The position numbers were made by a program, and so were the translations under genes. Below, one piece after another: positions 1 to 9,111 of a stretch of 64,000 bases of DNA. Source of the stretch: Candidatus Marinacidobacterales bacterium (GTDB lineage Bacteria; Acidobacteriota; Vicinamibacteria; Marinacidobacterales; SMYC01). The notes under the pieces are model-generated. The model was given only the letters and a program-made list of their open reading frames with translations, was not told where the DNA came from and searched no databases. Position 1 is the first letter of the stretch. Each line of letters starts with the position of its first letter. The DNA is taken from contig CBDCYI010000009.1 in the NCBI GenBank assembly GCA_965224085.1, positions 672,001-736,000 on the forward strand, written 5' to 3'.

Positions 1-210
1 TGCATCTCGAAGCGTGCTTTGCAAGAGCTCCGAGCTTCGCGTCTCCAGATAACCGACTTCCGCGTAATCCCAAATCTGCTGCGCGATGCCAGCATATTCT
101 TCAGCCAACGCTTCGATGCCACGGATCACGTCTCCATCAGGCTGCGCCGCCACGGGCTGGTCCAACGAGGCAGCAAGGACTAAAAGCGACCACACTTGAA
201 TATGTTTCAC
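1..210 (-). CDS. M20 family amidohydrolase (AbgB-like), N-terminal part; runs off window edge
   Basis: Hand translation from GTG at 210: MKHIQVWSLLVLAASLDQPVAAQ...IAQQIWDYAEVGYLETRSSELLQ. Signal peptide, the IW..AE.GY.E..SS motif of M20D amidohydrolases, and a GGAGG RBS upstream. Confidence 0.7.
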   Translation of the reverse strand, partial: MKHIQVWSLLVLAASLDQPVAAQPDGDVIRGIEALAEEYAGIAQQIWDYAEVGYLETRSSELLQSTLRDA

Positions 211-312
211 GAACCCCTCCTCTCGCACGACGCGATTCTAATCGACGAGCCTGTACATCAGGTAGTACCGTTGTGCCAGTCTTCATTCAGACCATGTGTG
301 GAAGGGCTTGTA

Positions 313-318
313 TATAAT
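313..318 (+). promoter_or_regulatory. -10 box of rnpB promoter
   Basis: Perfect TATAAT about 9 nt upstream of the RNase P RNA 5' end; no clear -35. Confidence 0.6.
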
Positions 319-326
319 GGTCCCTG

Positions 327-724
327 CCTGTTCGAGCCGGCCGGACGGTCGCTGGCTTTCTTCGGAAAGCGAGAGGAAAGTCCGAACTCCATAGGGCAGT
401 GTGCTGGCTAATGACCAGTCCGGGCGACCGGAAGGAAAGTGCCACAGAAAACGTACCGCCACTTCCCGGCGCCTCGGCGCCTTGGAGCGGTAAGGGTGAA
501 AAGGTGCGGTAAGAGCGCACCGCTTGGGTGGTGACATCCAAGGCAGGGTAAACCCCACACGGAGCAAGACCAAATAGGGGGGCGTTCGAGAGTGGCCCGC
601 TCGAAGCTCCCGGGTAGGTCGCTCGACCGGACGAGCAATCGCTTCGGCTAGATAAATGATCGTCGCTTCTCGGAGGGTGACCGACGAGAGGAACAAAATT
701 CGGCTTACGGCCGACTCGAGCAGG
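327..724 (+). ncRNA. rnpB: RNase P RNA, bacterial class A
   Basis: Universal motifs GAGGAAAGTCC, AGTGCCACAGAAA, GGGTGAAAAGGTGCGGTAAGAGCGCAC, GGTAAACCCC, GAGCAAGACCAAATAGG and ACAAAATTCGGCTTA. The 5' and 3' ends pair (cctgttcgagccggcc / ggccgactcgagcagg) and are followed by a T-run at 725. Confidence 0.97.
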
Positions 725-828
725 TTTTTTTCAGCATTCAGCGTTCAGGAATCTCTCAAGGACTGCGGCCGTACAGCTTTGGCTTCAGCCTTCTGGAGTT
801 CCTGAATACTGATCGCAGAATGCTGATC

Positions 829-2020
829 TCAACCCTTCTTGCGGCCGAAAATGTTTCTTAGGCCGCCGAGGCTTCCGCCGGAGTCGCTCTTTTTGCTGAC
901 GACCTTCGCTTGAATGTTTTGGTTCTCGGGGTCGTAGATCGCCGCTTGTTCGTACATCTTCTGAGCGCGGGTCGTCATGCCTTTGTCTTCGTATATCTGT
1001 CCGAGCCCGAACAGACATTCCGCGTCGAACTGATCCGTCTGGAGAACGTGTCGAAATTCCTCCTCCGCTTCTTTTGCCCAGAGCGGGTTCTTCATCAGCG
1101 CGTGGGCGAGGAGCTTGTGGTAGCTTGCCTTCGGGTAGAGACGGATGGCTTCCCGCAGCGACTGAATGGCATCGAAGAAGTGCATCTCGTCATAGTGCCT
1201 TTTTCCCTCGCCGAAGAGCTGGTCAGATCGTCGTTCGAGGGCCGCTTCCGACGCATGCTCCGCTTTGCGAGAGGTATCCCCGTCGCTTCCGGCTGCCGCC
1301 TCTTCGCCATCGCCGTGCTTCAGCGACTGGTCGTAGCGATGCCGATCCGCCGTGGACGAAAGCGTCTGATAGGCATGGGTGACCTTGCTGAAGAGCTCTT
1401 CGAGCAAGCCGTGGACATCGCTCAAATGAAGCGAGTGATGGCGGTCGGGGTGATACTTCTTCGCCATCGCGTAATACGCCTTCTTGATCTCATTCTCATT
1501 GGCATTGAACCTCACCTCTAGCAGAGTGTAAAGAGTCGAGTCGGCCAGCGAGGCGTGCTTCACTACGACATCCTCGCGCACGGCAATCTCTTCGGGCGTC
1601 GGTCCCGGAGCGTCCGGCGGCACGGCGGTGGCGGTCGGTGGCGCTTTTATCGGAGGTGTTTGAACCGGGGTCGCTTGAGGCGGCGATGTTGCGGGCGGCT
1701 TGGGTGCACTCGCAGCCGGTGGGTCGACCGGTGGCGGCGCGACAGATGGCACGGGTTGGGGCGGCGGCGGTTCGATGCGCGGAAGGTCCGACACTGGCGC
1801 GTCGTCCTCGAGGGCGGGCGCGCGCGAATCGCCCTGGAGCACGAGCACCCCGGCCGAGATGAGCCCGTAGATACATCTCAGCGTCTCGTCCTCTCCGACC
1901 GGTGAGACCGCGAAAATGTTGTCGATGGAGCTCATGCCGTCGACCCGAGACAGAATGAAATATTCCGACTGGCTCAAACTCGACATCTTCTGATACAGAA
2001 GCAACGGGTTTTCGTTCTGC
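829..2020 (-). pseudogene. DnaJ-domain/TPR protein with Pro-rich linker, 5'-truncated
   Basis: J-domain (YTLLEV...EIKKAYYAMAKKYHPDR) and C-terminal TPRs. The frame reads ENPLLLYQKM at its 5' end and is cut at the IS91 junction, with no proper start. Confidence 0.7.
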
Positions 2021-2021
2021 T

Positions 2022-3413
2022 CTCGACGTGTGTAACGCTTGCGGATACGCGGCGCCTTCGTTTAACTCGTGCCGCAATCGGCACTGTCCCAAGTGTCAGA
2101 GCCTAGCCCAGGCGAAGTGGATGGAGCAGCGAGCTCAGAGGATTCTTCCGACTCACTATTTCCACGTCGTTTTCACCCTCCCGCAGCAACTCAAGCCTCT
2201 CGCCCGAGACAATCCCAAGTTCATGTTCAACCTCCTGTTTCGCGCCGCCTCGCGAACTCTATTGGAGTTCGGCCAAAGCCGGCTCGAAGCTCAACTTGCC
2301 TTCACCGCCGTACTGCACACCTGGACCCGGAAGCTCCTGTTCCATCCACACCTGCATTGCATCGTCTCCGGGGGCGGGCTCAACCACCCTCAGCAGCTGT
2401 GGAACGCCGCAAACCCTCGCTTTCTGTTTCCCGTCAAGGCCATGTCGCGGCTTTTTCGCAGCAAGTTTCTCGATGCCCTTAGGCTCGCTTACGACCAAGA
2501 TGAGCTTGAGTTGAGCGCAAACGCTTCCCACCTCAGAAACCCACCTCGCTTCCGGGAGCTGAAAGACAAGCTCTACCGCATCGATTGGGTCGTTTACAGC
2601 AAACGACCCTTCGGTGGCCCAGAGCAGGTTTTCAACTACCTCGGCCGATATACCCACCGGGTCGGCATCTCCAACCGCCGACTCATTCGCATCGACCACT
2701 ACGGCGTCTGCTTCGCCACCAAGAATGGTAATACCGTTACCGTCCCCCCAGAGGAATTTATCCGCCGTTTCCTCCTGCACGTACTGCCGAAAGGTTTCGT
2801 CAAGATTCGCCATTTCGGCTTAATGGCCTCCTCCAATGCGACCACCAAGCTCGTAGTCGCGCGCCAGTTGCTCGATGAGAAAACAAAACCCACGACCGAC
2901 GCCGACGACGTGCAAGTCAGCTCGCGTGCCACCGAGGACAAGGACTGGCGCGAGCGGCTCAAGGAGCTCACCGGCATCGACCTCACCATCTGTCCCCGCT
3001 GCAAGAAAGGTCGCATGCTCCGATGCCCTCTCTCCACGAAGCTTCGACGGATCAACCTCCAGATCCGCTCCCCTCCAGATGAGTCATGATCACGATGCTT
3101 TCGCTCCGCCTCTCACAACGCCGACCGGTCGTTGAAACGGACTCGTGTGTCTCGTCGCGAACTCATAACGCTACCGTGGTGGTTACCGCACCGGGTAGGC
3201 CCTTCTTCTATCTTCCCCGCCATATCTCTGTCGATTCGCAACTCCCTGACGTCCAACTCCGACTTCCTGTCCGACCGTCTTCTCACTCCAATTTATGCAT
3301 AGTTGCCGCTAGCTGGGCGGCTTAGTTCAATTACGGTTTGCACGAATGCTCGCTCTACAAGCATCGTGCCTCGCGTAACGCCGTGCTTCGCTCGATTCCT
3401 GCAAACCGCTATT
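2022..3413 (+). mobile_element. IS91-family (Y2 HUH rolling-circle) element, 5'-truncated, with structured downstream end
   Basis: Transposase ORF plus a ~330-nt tail ending in nested inverted repeats (cggtttgca 3334-3342 / tgcaaaccg 3400-3408), with GTTC at 3325. Confidence 0.75.
2028..3089 (+). CDS. IS91-family transposase lacking its N-terminus
   Basis: Zn-ribbon SCRNRHCPKCQ, HVVFTLP, HUH motif HPHLHCIV, Y2 motif YLGRYTHR and FLLHVLPKGFVKIRHFG. Begins mid-gene at LDVCNACG. Confidence 0.9.
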   Translation: MCNACGYAAPSFNSCRNRHCPKCQSLAQAKWMEQRAQRILPTHYFHVVFTLPQQLKPLARDNPKFMFNLLFRAASRTLLEFGQSRLEAQLAFTAVLHTWTRKLLFHPHLHCIVSGGGLNHPQQLWNAANPRFLFPVKAMSRLFRSKFLDALRLAYDQDELELSANASHLRNPPRFRELKDKLYRIDWVVYSKRPFGGPEQVFNYLGRYTHRVGISNRRLIRIDHYGVCFATKNGNTVTVPPEEFIRRFLLHVLPKGFVKIRHFGLMASSNATTKLVVARQLLDEKTKPTTDADDVQVSSRATEDKDWRERLKELTGIDLTICPRCKKGRMLRCPLSTKLRRINLQIRSPPDES

Positions 3414-3522
3414 AATTATGTTAACATATTCTGGATCCTAACGGCGAGTCCAGATGCTGGTTAGGTTGACGATTGTCCTAGCCCCCCATAAACTAATCCG
3501 CATTGTTCCGGGGGGGTTCTAG

Positions 3523-4458
3523 GTGAGTTTGTATTTGGTAACCGGAGGCGCCGGGTTCGTCGGGTCCTATCTGGCGCGCTTTCTGTTGGATCGCGACGAA
3601 GAGGTCCGCGTTCTCGACAACTTTTCGACGGGCAAGCGCGAGAATTTGACGGAAGTCGAGCGCCGCATCGAGGTTGTCGAAGGCGACCTCAATGATCCGG
3701 CGGCCTTGTCGCGGGCGGTTTCGGGTGTCGACTACGTTTTCCACGAGGCGGCTATCCCATCCGTGCCACGTTCGGTCGACGAGCCGGTCGAATCGCACGA
3801 GGCGAATGCGACGGGAACGTTGAGCCTGCTATGTGCGTCCAAGGAGGCAGGGGTTCGGCGGCTCGTTTACGCGTCCTCGTCGTCGGTCTACGGCGCCAAT
3901 CCTGAGCTTCCCAAAATCGAGACGATGCGTACCGAACCTCTTTCGCCCTACGCAGTGGCGAAGCTTGCCGCCGAGCACTATTGCACCGTGTTCCATCAGC
4001 TCTACGGTCTCGAGACCGTGTCTCTACGATATTTCAACGTGTTCGGCCCTCGCCAAGATCCGAACGCGCCCTATTCTGGGGTCGTCAGTCGTTTCATTGA
4101 CGCCATCCTTTCCTCGATGCCGCCGACCATTCACGGCGAAGGCGATCAAACGAGGGACTTCACGTATGTCGAAAACGTCGCGCAGGCCAACTTCGCCGCA
4201 TGTCACGAGACTTCCGCCGCCGGCGGCGTGTACAACATCGGCTGCCAAACGCGCATTTCGGTGAACGAGCTTTGGGCCACCATGGCCGAGCTCACGAGCT
4301 CGAAGCTCGAGCCGTCCTACACTTCCGTCCGCTCGGGGGATGTGCCCCATTCGCTCGCGGATATTTCAGCGGCGCGTTGCGATTTGCGCTTCGACCCCCA
4401 AATCGATGTGCGCGAAGGTCTAAAACGCACGCTCGAGTTCTACATTCCGGCGACATGA
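3523..4458 (+). CDS. Extended SDR NAD-dependent epimerase (UDP-glucose/UDP-GlcNAc 4-epimerase-like)
   Basis: TGGAGFVGS, YAVAK (YxxxK), RYFNVFGPRQDP and RDFTYVENV. Confidence 0.92.
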   Translation: MSLYLVTGGAGFVGSYLARFLLDRDEEVRVLDNFSTGKRENLTEVERRIEVVEGDLNDPAALSRAVSGVDYVFHEAAIPSVPRSVDEPVESHEANATGTLSLLCASKEAGVRRLVYASSSSVYGANPELPKIETMRTEPLSPYAVAKLAAEHYCTVFHQLYGLETVSLRYFNVFGPRQDPNAPYSGVVSRFIDAILSSMPPTIHGEGDQTRDFTYVENVAQANFAACHETSAAGGVYNIGCQTRISVNELWATMAELTSSKLEPSYTSVRSGDVPHSLADISAARCDLRFDPQIDVREGLKRTLEFYIPAT

Positions 4459-5738
4459 CCCGAGGCTCGCGACGGCAGGCATGGAGCAACCTTGCTCTGT
4501 GGTTTCTTCTATCCGTCGCGAGCTGGGCTGTCGTCGCTTGGTGGCTGGGTGTTCGTCGCATCGGCGAGCTGCCCGCCGTGGCGCCGCCCCGCGCGGCCGA
4601 TCGCGCCGCCTTACTGGTCCCGGCGGCGACGTCGATCCCGGATCGCCTGCGGCGCGACGAGACGCTGTCGACCGTCCTCGCGCGCAACGGCTTTTCGAGC
4701 GCAGACGTCTACGAGATCGCACGAGCCCTTTCCGCCATCATGGATGTGCGTCACCTGCGAGCGGGTGACGAGTTCGAGTTCCACTACGATATATCAGGCG
4801 TGGCGAGCAGGATCCAGATCCATCGCACTCAGTTGCAACGGATCGCGCTGACGCGCTCCAGGCTCGGATGGCAATCGGAGTCCGAAGAAGTCGAGCTCAC
4901 ACGAAGTACGGTCTCGCTCACAAGTGTACTCGACGACAACCTTTTCGTGAGCATGAGCCGACTCGGCGAAGGAGCGCCTCTCACGATCGCCTTCGCCAAC
5001 GTGTTCGCCTGGGATTTCGACTTCCACACTGAGAGCCGCAATGGGGACCGATTTTCGGTCGTTGTCGAGAAGCTCTACCACGATGGTGTGTTCGTAGGAT
5101 ACGGCGATCTACGCGCGGCGAGCTACGTATCTTACTTGTCGAAAGAGCGTGTTTTCAGCGCCTTCTTATACGAGGATCCGGCAGGCAATCGCGACTATTA
5201 CGACCCGGAAGGTAAGTCGATGCGAAAAGCGTTTTTGAGAGCGCCCCTCGACTTCGAGCGCATCAGCTCCGGATTTTCCCGCTCTCGGCTCCACCCGATC
5301 CACAAAAGAAGGATGCCGCATCTCGGCGTGGACTACGCCGCGCGATCGGGCACTCCCGTCTACTCGGTAGCTGCCGGGGTCGTCACGGACCGCAACTTCA
5401 CCAAAGGAGGCGGCAACACGGTGACGGTCCGCCACGCGATGGGCTATACGACGAAGTATCTTCACTTGTCACGCTTCGCGCGCGGCCTGCGTGTGGGACG
5501 ACGCGTCGAGCAGAAAGAAGTGATTGGCTATGTGGGCATGACAGGGTCCGCGACCGGACCGCATCTCGATTTCCGGCTCATCCACCACGGAAAAGCGGTC
5601 AACCCGGTGACACAAATCTTCCCCCCGGGCCCTCCGGTGGCGGGGGCGTATCGCGCCGATTTCGAGTCCCGAAAAGAGAAACTCGCGCGCCAGCTCGAAG
5701 CGCCTCGTCGGGCCGGCCGCGCCGTCGACGATTCGTAG
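4455..5738 (+). CDS. M23 family peptidoglycan endopeptidase with N-terminal TM and LysM/OapA-like region
   Basis: HLGVDYAA (HxxxD), YLHLS and TGPHLDF. ATG at 4455 overlaps the epimerase stop. Confidence 0.9.
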   Translation: MTRGSRRQAWSNLALWFLLSVASWAVVAWWLGVRRIGELPAVAPPRAADRAALLVPAATSIPDRLRRDETLSTVLARNGFSSADVYEIARALSAIMDVRHLRAGDEFEFHYDISGVASRIQIHRTQLQRIALTRSRLGWQSESEEVELTRSTVSLTSVLDDNLFVSMSRLGEGAPLTIAFANVFAWDFDFHTESRNGDRFSVVVEKLYHDGVFVGYGDLRAASYVSYLSKERVFSAFLYEDPAGNRDYYDPEGKSMRKAFLRAPLDFERISSGFSRSRLHPIHKRRMPHLGVDYAARSGTPVYSVAAGVVTDRNFTKGGGNTVTVRHAMGYTTKYLHLSRFARGLRVGRRVEQKEVIGYVGMTGSATGPHLDFRLIHHGKAVNPVTQIFPPGPPVAGAYRADFESRKEKLARQLEAPRRAGRAVDDS

Positions 5739-5808
5739 CGCGGACTCGAGCGAGCGAGCTGTTTGAACGGACCTTGAAGCGGCGCGACCGGATCCGGCCC
5801 GATCCCCT

Positions 5809-5877
5809 GAATACGCGATTGAAGGCCGGTTCGATGTTCGCGCAGGCACGCTATACCGTCACTTCGCCGATCGGGGT
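5809..5877 (+). pseudogene. TetR-type HTH relic
   Basis: Hand translation EYAIEGRFDVRAGTLYRHFADR resembles the TetR HTH; no start codon and no C-terminal domain. Confidence 0.4.
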
Positions 5878-6042
5878 CTCACGTACCTGGGACCGGTGAA
5901 CCCTACCTTTCTTGGATGCCTCTGGCCAACGCAGTGGGAGCGCTGGATGCGGGCAATCTGCAGAGGGGGTGCGGGACCCCCTTTGCCCCTTTACGCTGGT
6001 TCTTATAGCTAAGCTAATATTCCGAACTGCAACGGACTGGCG

Positions 6043-6801
6043 CTACTCGCTCGCCCCCTTGTCCGCGAGCAACGCGTCGACGGCGGCCTCCAAGTTTGCG
6101 AAGGGCTGATCGACGCTCGGCGCCGGCCGTAGATTCCCTTCGCGGTCGATGAGGAAGTTCGCCGGGTAACGCGCGGTGGCGCTGAAAATTTCTGGCACGT
6201 CTCCTTGGATCGTTAGCAGCGGATAGCTTACGGTGACTTCCTCGGTGAACGTCAACTGCGTTTCGACTTCTTCGGTCGAGAGTCCGAAGATCATAAACCC
6301 GTCGTCTTTGCGTGATTGGTAAAGCCGCTCCAGATCTGGCATTTCCTTGCGACACGGCCGACACCAGGTTGCCCAGACGTTCACGAGCACGACTTTGCCA
6401 TCGTGATCGGCCAGGCGGTGACGTTTCCCATAGATGTCGAAGGTGTCGAGGACCGGCGCCTTGACACCGCTCAAGGCGAGGTTCGTCGCCTGACTCTGGC
6501 GCTTCAGCACACCGCGAATGGGAAGCCAGGTGAGGGCGAGCGACAAGACCGCGAGCGTCAAGCCTACCTTCGCGGACGTGCTGAAGGCCGCGCGTCGTCG
6601 ATCCCCGAGCGCAAGCAACAGCGTGATTACGAACGGGACGACCATCACGAACGTCGTCATCGAGAGTCGAAAGACGAAGTCGTCGTCACGGTTGGTGCTC
6701 GCGCTGGTGAGCGTGCCATAAACGAGAATGCCGAGCCCGGCCCCGAGCGCCGGAGACAGGATGCCCGCGATTAGCGCGCGGTATGAAGAAAGTTTCGACA
6801 T
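6043..6801 (-). CDS. Membrane-anchored TlpA-family thiol:disulfide oxidoreductase
   Basis: Three N-terminal TM helices, then VNVWATWCRPCRKEMP. Confidence 0.88.
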   Translation of the reverse strand: MSKLSSYRALIAGILSPALGAGLGILVYGTLTSASTNRDDDFVFRLSMTTFVMVVPFVITLLLALGDRRRAAFSTSAKVGLTLAVLSLALTWLPIRGVLKRQSQATNLALSGVKAPVLDTFDIYGKRHRLADHDGKVVLVNVWATWCRPCRKEMPDLERLYQSRKDDGFMIFGLSTEEVETQLTFTEEVTVSYPLLTIQGDVPEIFSATARYPANFLIDREGNLRPAPSVDQPFANLEAAVDALLADKGASE

Positions 6802-6840
6802 GGCGTCCCAGCATAGTCCAAATGAGAGACGAGCGGAAAT

Positions 6841-8175
6841 TCAGTGGGCGCTCGGGCGAAAGCGCTTCAGATCCGCTTCCCATGCCGTCTGGAATTCTTG
6901 GTAGTCGAGGCCAACGACCTCTTTCAGCGCCTCGTTCATGGTATGGGAGCCGCCAAGAATCCTTAGAATCTTCCGCAGCGATTCGCGTCCACGGCGCAGC
7001 TCGAGATATTCCGTGGCAGCGAGCGATTCGGCGTAAACGAGCCGCGCTTTCTCTTTCGAGTAGTTGACGAAGAGGCCTTCGAGACTCCAGAGGGGCAGGA
7101 GATTACCTTCTGCCTGCACGACGCGAAGCATCGGATAGGGATCCATCCGGTCGCTCCCTTCACGCAGCTGCGCGAGGCCTTCATGAAACCACGAGGGGCA
7201 ATTTCCTCGCGTCATGGCGTTGATGAAGCTGTGTGTGAGCTCGTGGCGAATGACTCGTCGCAGCTTTGGCGTGATTTCAGTGAGCCCCTCGACCGGTATC
7301 CTTATTTCGCCGTCGTTCAGGGCAGACGCCCAGGCAGGAGCATGAGTCACGTCGCGAAACTCGCGCTTGGTGTAGAGAGTGACTTCGATTGGGTCCGTCG
7401 GCTCGAATCGAAACTCTTGCCGAAGGGCGGCGTACTCACTGTCGAGGGTAGTCGCGACGAGGTGGCCGACGGTTTCATTGATGTGCCCGTCATAGCGGAT
7501 CACATAGTGAGGACGCCGAACCTCTTCGAAGTCGATATCCTGATCGTTTTCTCGAAGTGCCTGCTTCAATTTGTAGAGCAGTTCGGGGGAGGGATCGATG
7601 TTGAGTGCTAGCTGCCACTCGCGGATGGCGAGCGCGCTCTGTCCGAGCCCGGCATAGACGTTTCCGAGAAGCTCGCGCATCGACGCGTTGTCGTGGTGGT
7701 GCCGCTTCGCTTGCTGAAGCACCGAGCGCGCGGCGCGCAGGTCGCCGCGCTCAAAATGGACTTTGGCGAGCTCCATCTGCACTTCGAAATCATCGGGAGC
7801 TCTCGAGACCGCCTTCCGGAAGAGCTCGGCCGCGCTCTCGAGATCGCCTTCGGCGACGGATTCACGTGCTTTTTCGACATCCTCGCTGACGAGTGCGTTT
7901 CGGAATCGCGATGTGGGCACCTCCGCCTCGTCGGCAGGGTCTGTTTTGACCGTCACGCCCCTGCGCTCGTGGACCCTTTCGAGAAGGTGTTGCGGGAACC
8001 CGAAGGTGCTTCCGTTTTTCTCGTAGAGGACCTGATTACCCTTTTCCCAATATCTTTCGACGGTAATCGATCGGCCGTTCGTGAGAAACAGAACGACTTC
8101 TGCCTCCGCGAGCGAGCCCCACAAGGTAGCGAGGACTACGGCGATGGCTCGAATCGGACGAGCGCTCGTCATCAC
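6841..8175 (-). CDS. Secreted TPR protein with peptidase MA-like (gluzincin) domain
   Basis: Signal peptide, TPRs and HELTH...WFHEGLAQ. Confidence 0.85.
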   Translation of the reverse strand: MMTSARPIRAIAVVLATLWGSLAEAEVVLFLTNGRSITVERYWEKGNQVLYEKNGSTFGFPQHLLERVHERRGVTVKTDPADEAEVPTSRFRNALVSEDVEKARESVAEGDLESAAELFRKAVSRAPDDFEVQMELAKVHFERGDLRAARSVLQQAKRHHHDNASMRELLGNVYAGLGQSALAIREWQLALNIDPSPELLYKLKQALRENDQDIDFEEVRRPHYVIRYDGHINETVGHLVATTLDSEYAALRQEFRFEPTDPIEVTLYTKREFRDVTHAPAWASALNDGEIRIPVEGLTEITPKLRRVIRHELTHSFINAMTRGNCPSWFHEGLAQLREGSDRMDPYPMLRVVQAEGNLLPLWSLEGLFVNYSKEKARLVYAESLAATEYLELRRGRESLRKILRILGGSHTMNEALKEVVGLDYQEFQTAWEADLKRFRPSAH

Positions 8176-8192
8176 AAAGGCGACGGATTGGG

Positions 8193-8729
8193 TCAGCGAA
8201 GAAGGCGGGCGAGCGGTACGGCAGCTGCGTCTCCCGCGCTAATTTCGTAGGGAAGCGACCCCTTCCCGCTATTGGCGGCCTGCTGTGTATCGAATAGCCC
8301 CCACATGATCCGGTAACAGCTTCGACCTTGCACCGTCGTGGGCAGTATGAAGATCTGTTCGGATCCGCTAGCACTTGCGACGATGCGGCCGACATTGTCT
8401 TCGTTGCAATAAAGACCAACAGCGATCGTGAACTTGTTCGCGCTAGAGGCGCGCAGCTGGTCGAGAAACGACCGGGCGGATCCGTTGAGGTTCCCTGCTG
8501 CGAGTTGTTGACGCGCGTTCCCTAACGAAGGCGAACTCGTTCGCGATGGAGGCGGCTGCGTGCGCCGGGCGGTGGTGGTGCTCGGAGCGGGTGGCGGCGG
8601 TGCCGCCCGCGGTTGCGTCGGTGGGGGGCTCGGAGCGGGCGGCGGCGGTGACGTCGTCGCGGCGGGAGGCGGTGTCGTCGCGCGTGGATCCCGCGTGGGA
8701 TCGGCGGTCCCGGCGCGCGGGTCGGCCAC
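8193..8729 (-). pseudogene. Pro-rich linker plus SPOR-like C-terminal domain, 5'-truncated
   Basis: FTIAVGLYC...CYRIMWGLFDTQQAA resembles a SPOR domain; the ORF begins inside a low-complexity linker. Confidence 0.55.
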
Positions 8730-8898
8730 TTCACGACCCGTGAACGTCGAGGGCGAGACACGCTACTTCAACCAGGTCGTCTTCGCGAATGGTTCGAAGC
8801 GTGAAGCATTTCTCGAGAAACTGCTCGAAGCCTACGCACGCTGGACGAAGGATGGCGCGGAACTCGGAGATCCTCGTACCGGCAAGTCGGGGAAGTGA
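8730..8898 (+). pseudogene. SpoVG-like C-terminal fragment
   Basis: SRPVNVEGETRYFNQVVFANGSKREAFLEKLLEAY resembles the SpoVG C-terminal half; it has no 5' end. Confidence 0.35.
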
Positions 8899-9111
8899 GC
8901 CTCTCGCCGTCGGCTCACCGAAAACCGAAAGCCGAATGCTGTCACATTCGCCAGCGGAGGAACTCGTCGAGAGACGTCACTCCAGCCGTCTCGGCCATTA
9001 GCCTATGTGGGCCTCGCCCATCCTCTCCCATCTCTCTGGATTCAACACCGCACACTTGATGCGCTGCGTCCATACCTCGCCCTGTGACTCGGTGGCCGCG
9101 CGCTCAGCCCG

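Noticed and set aside
283-696. 137-aa minus-strand ORF and other short ORFs over 196-696
   Set aside because: These are shadow ORFs over the RNase P RNA gene and its promoter.
5958-5990. GC hairpin gcagagggggtgcgggaccccctttgc as a REP or MITE
   Set aside because: Single copy in the window; may simply be a terminator between convergent genes.
8581-8650. 22-bp direct repeat with a 26-bp spacer, CRISPR-like
   Set aside because: Only two copies, both encoding a Pro-rich linker (PPPPAPS); no cas genes.
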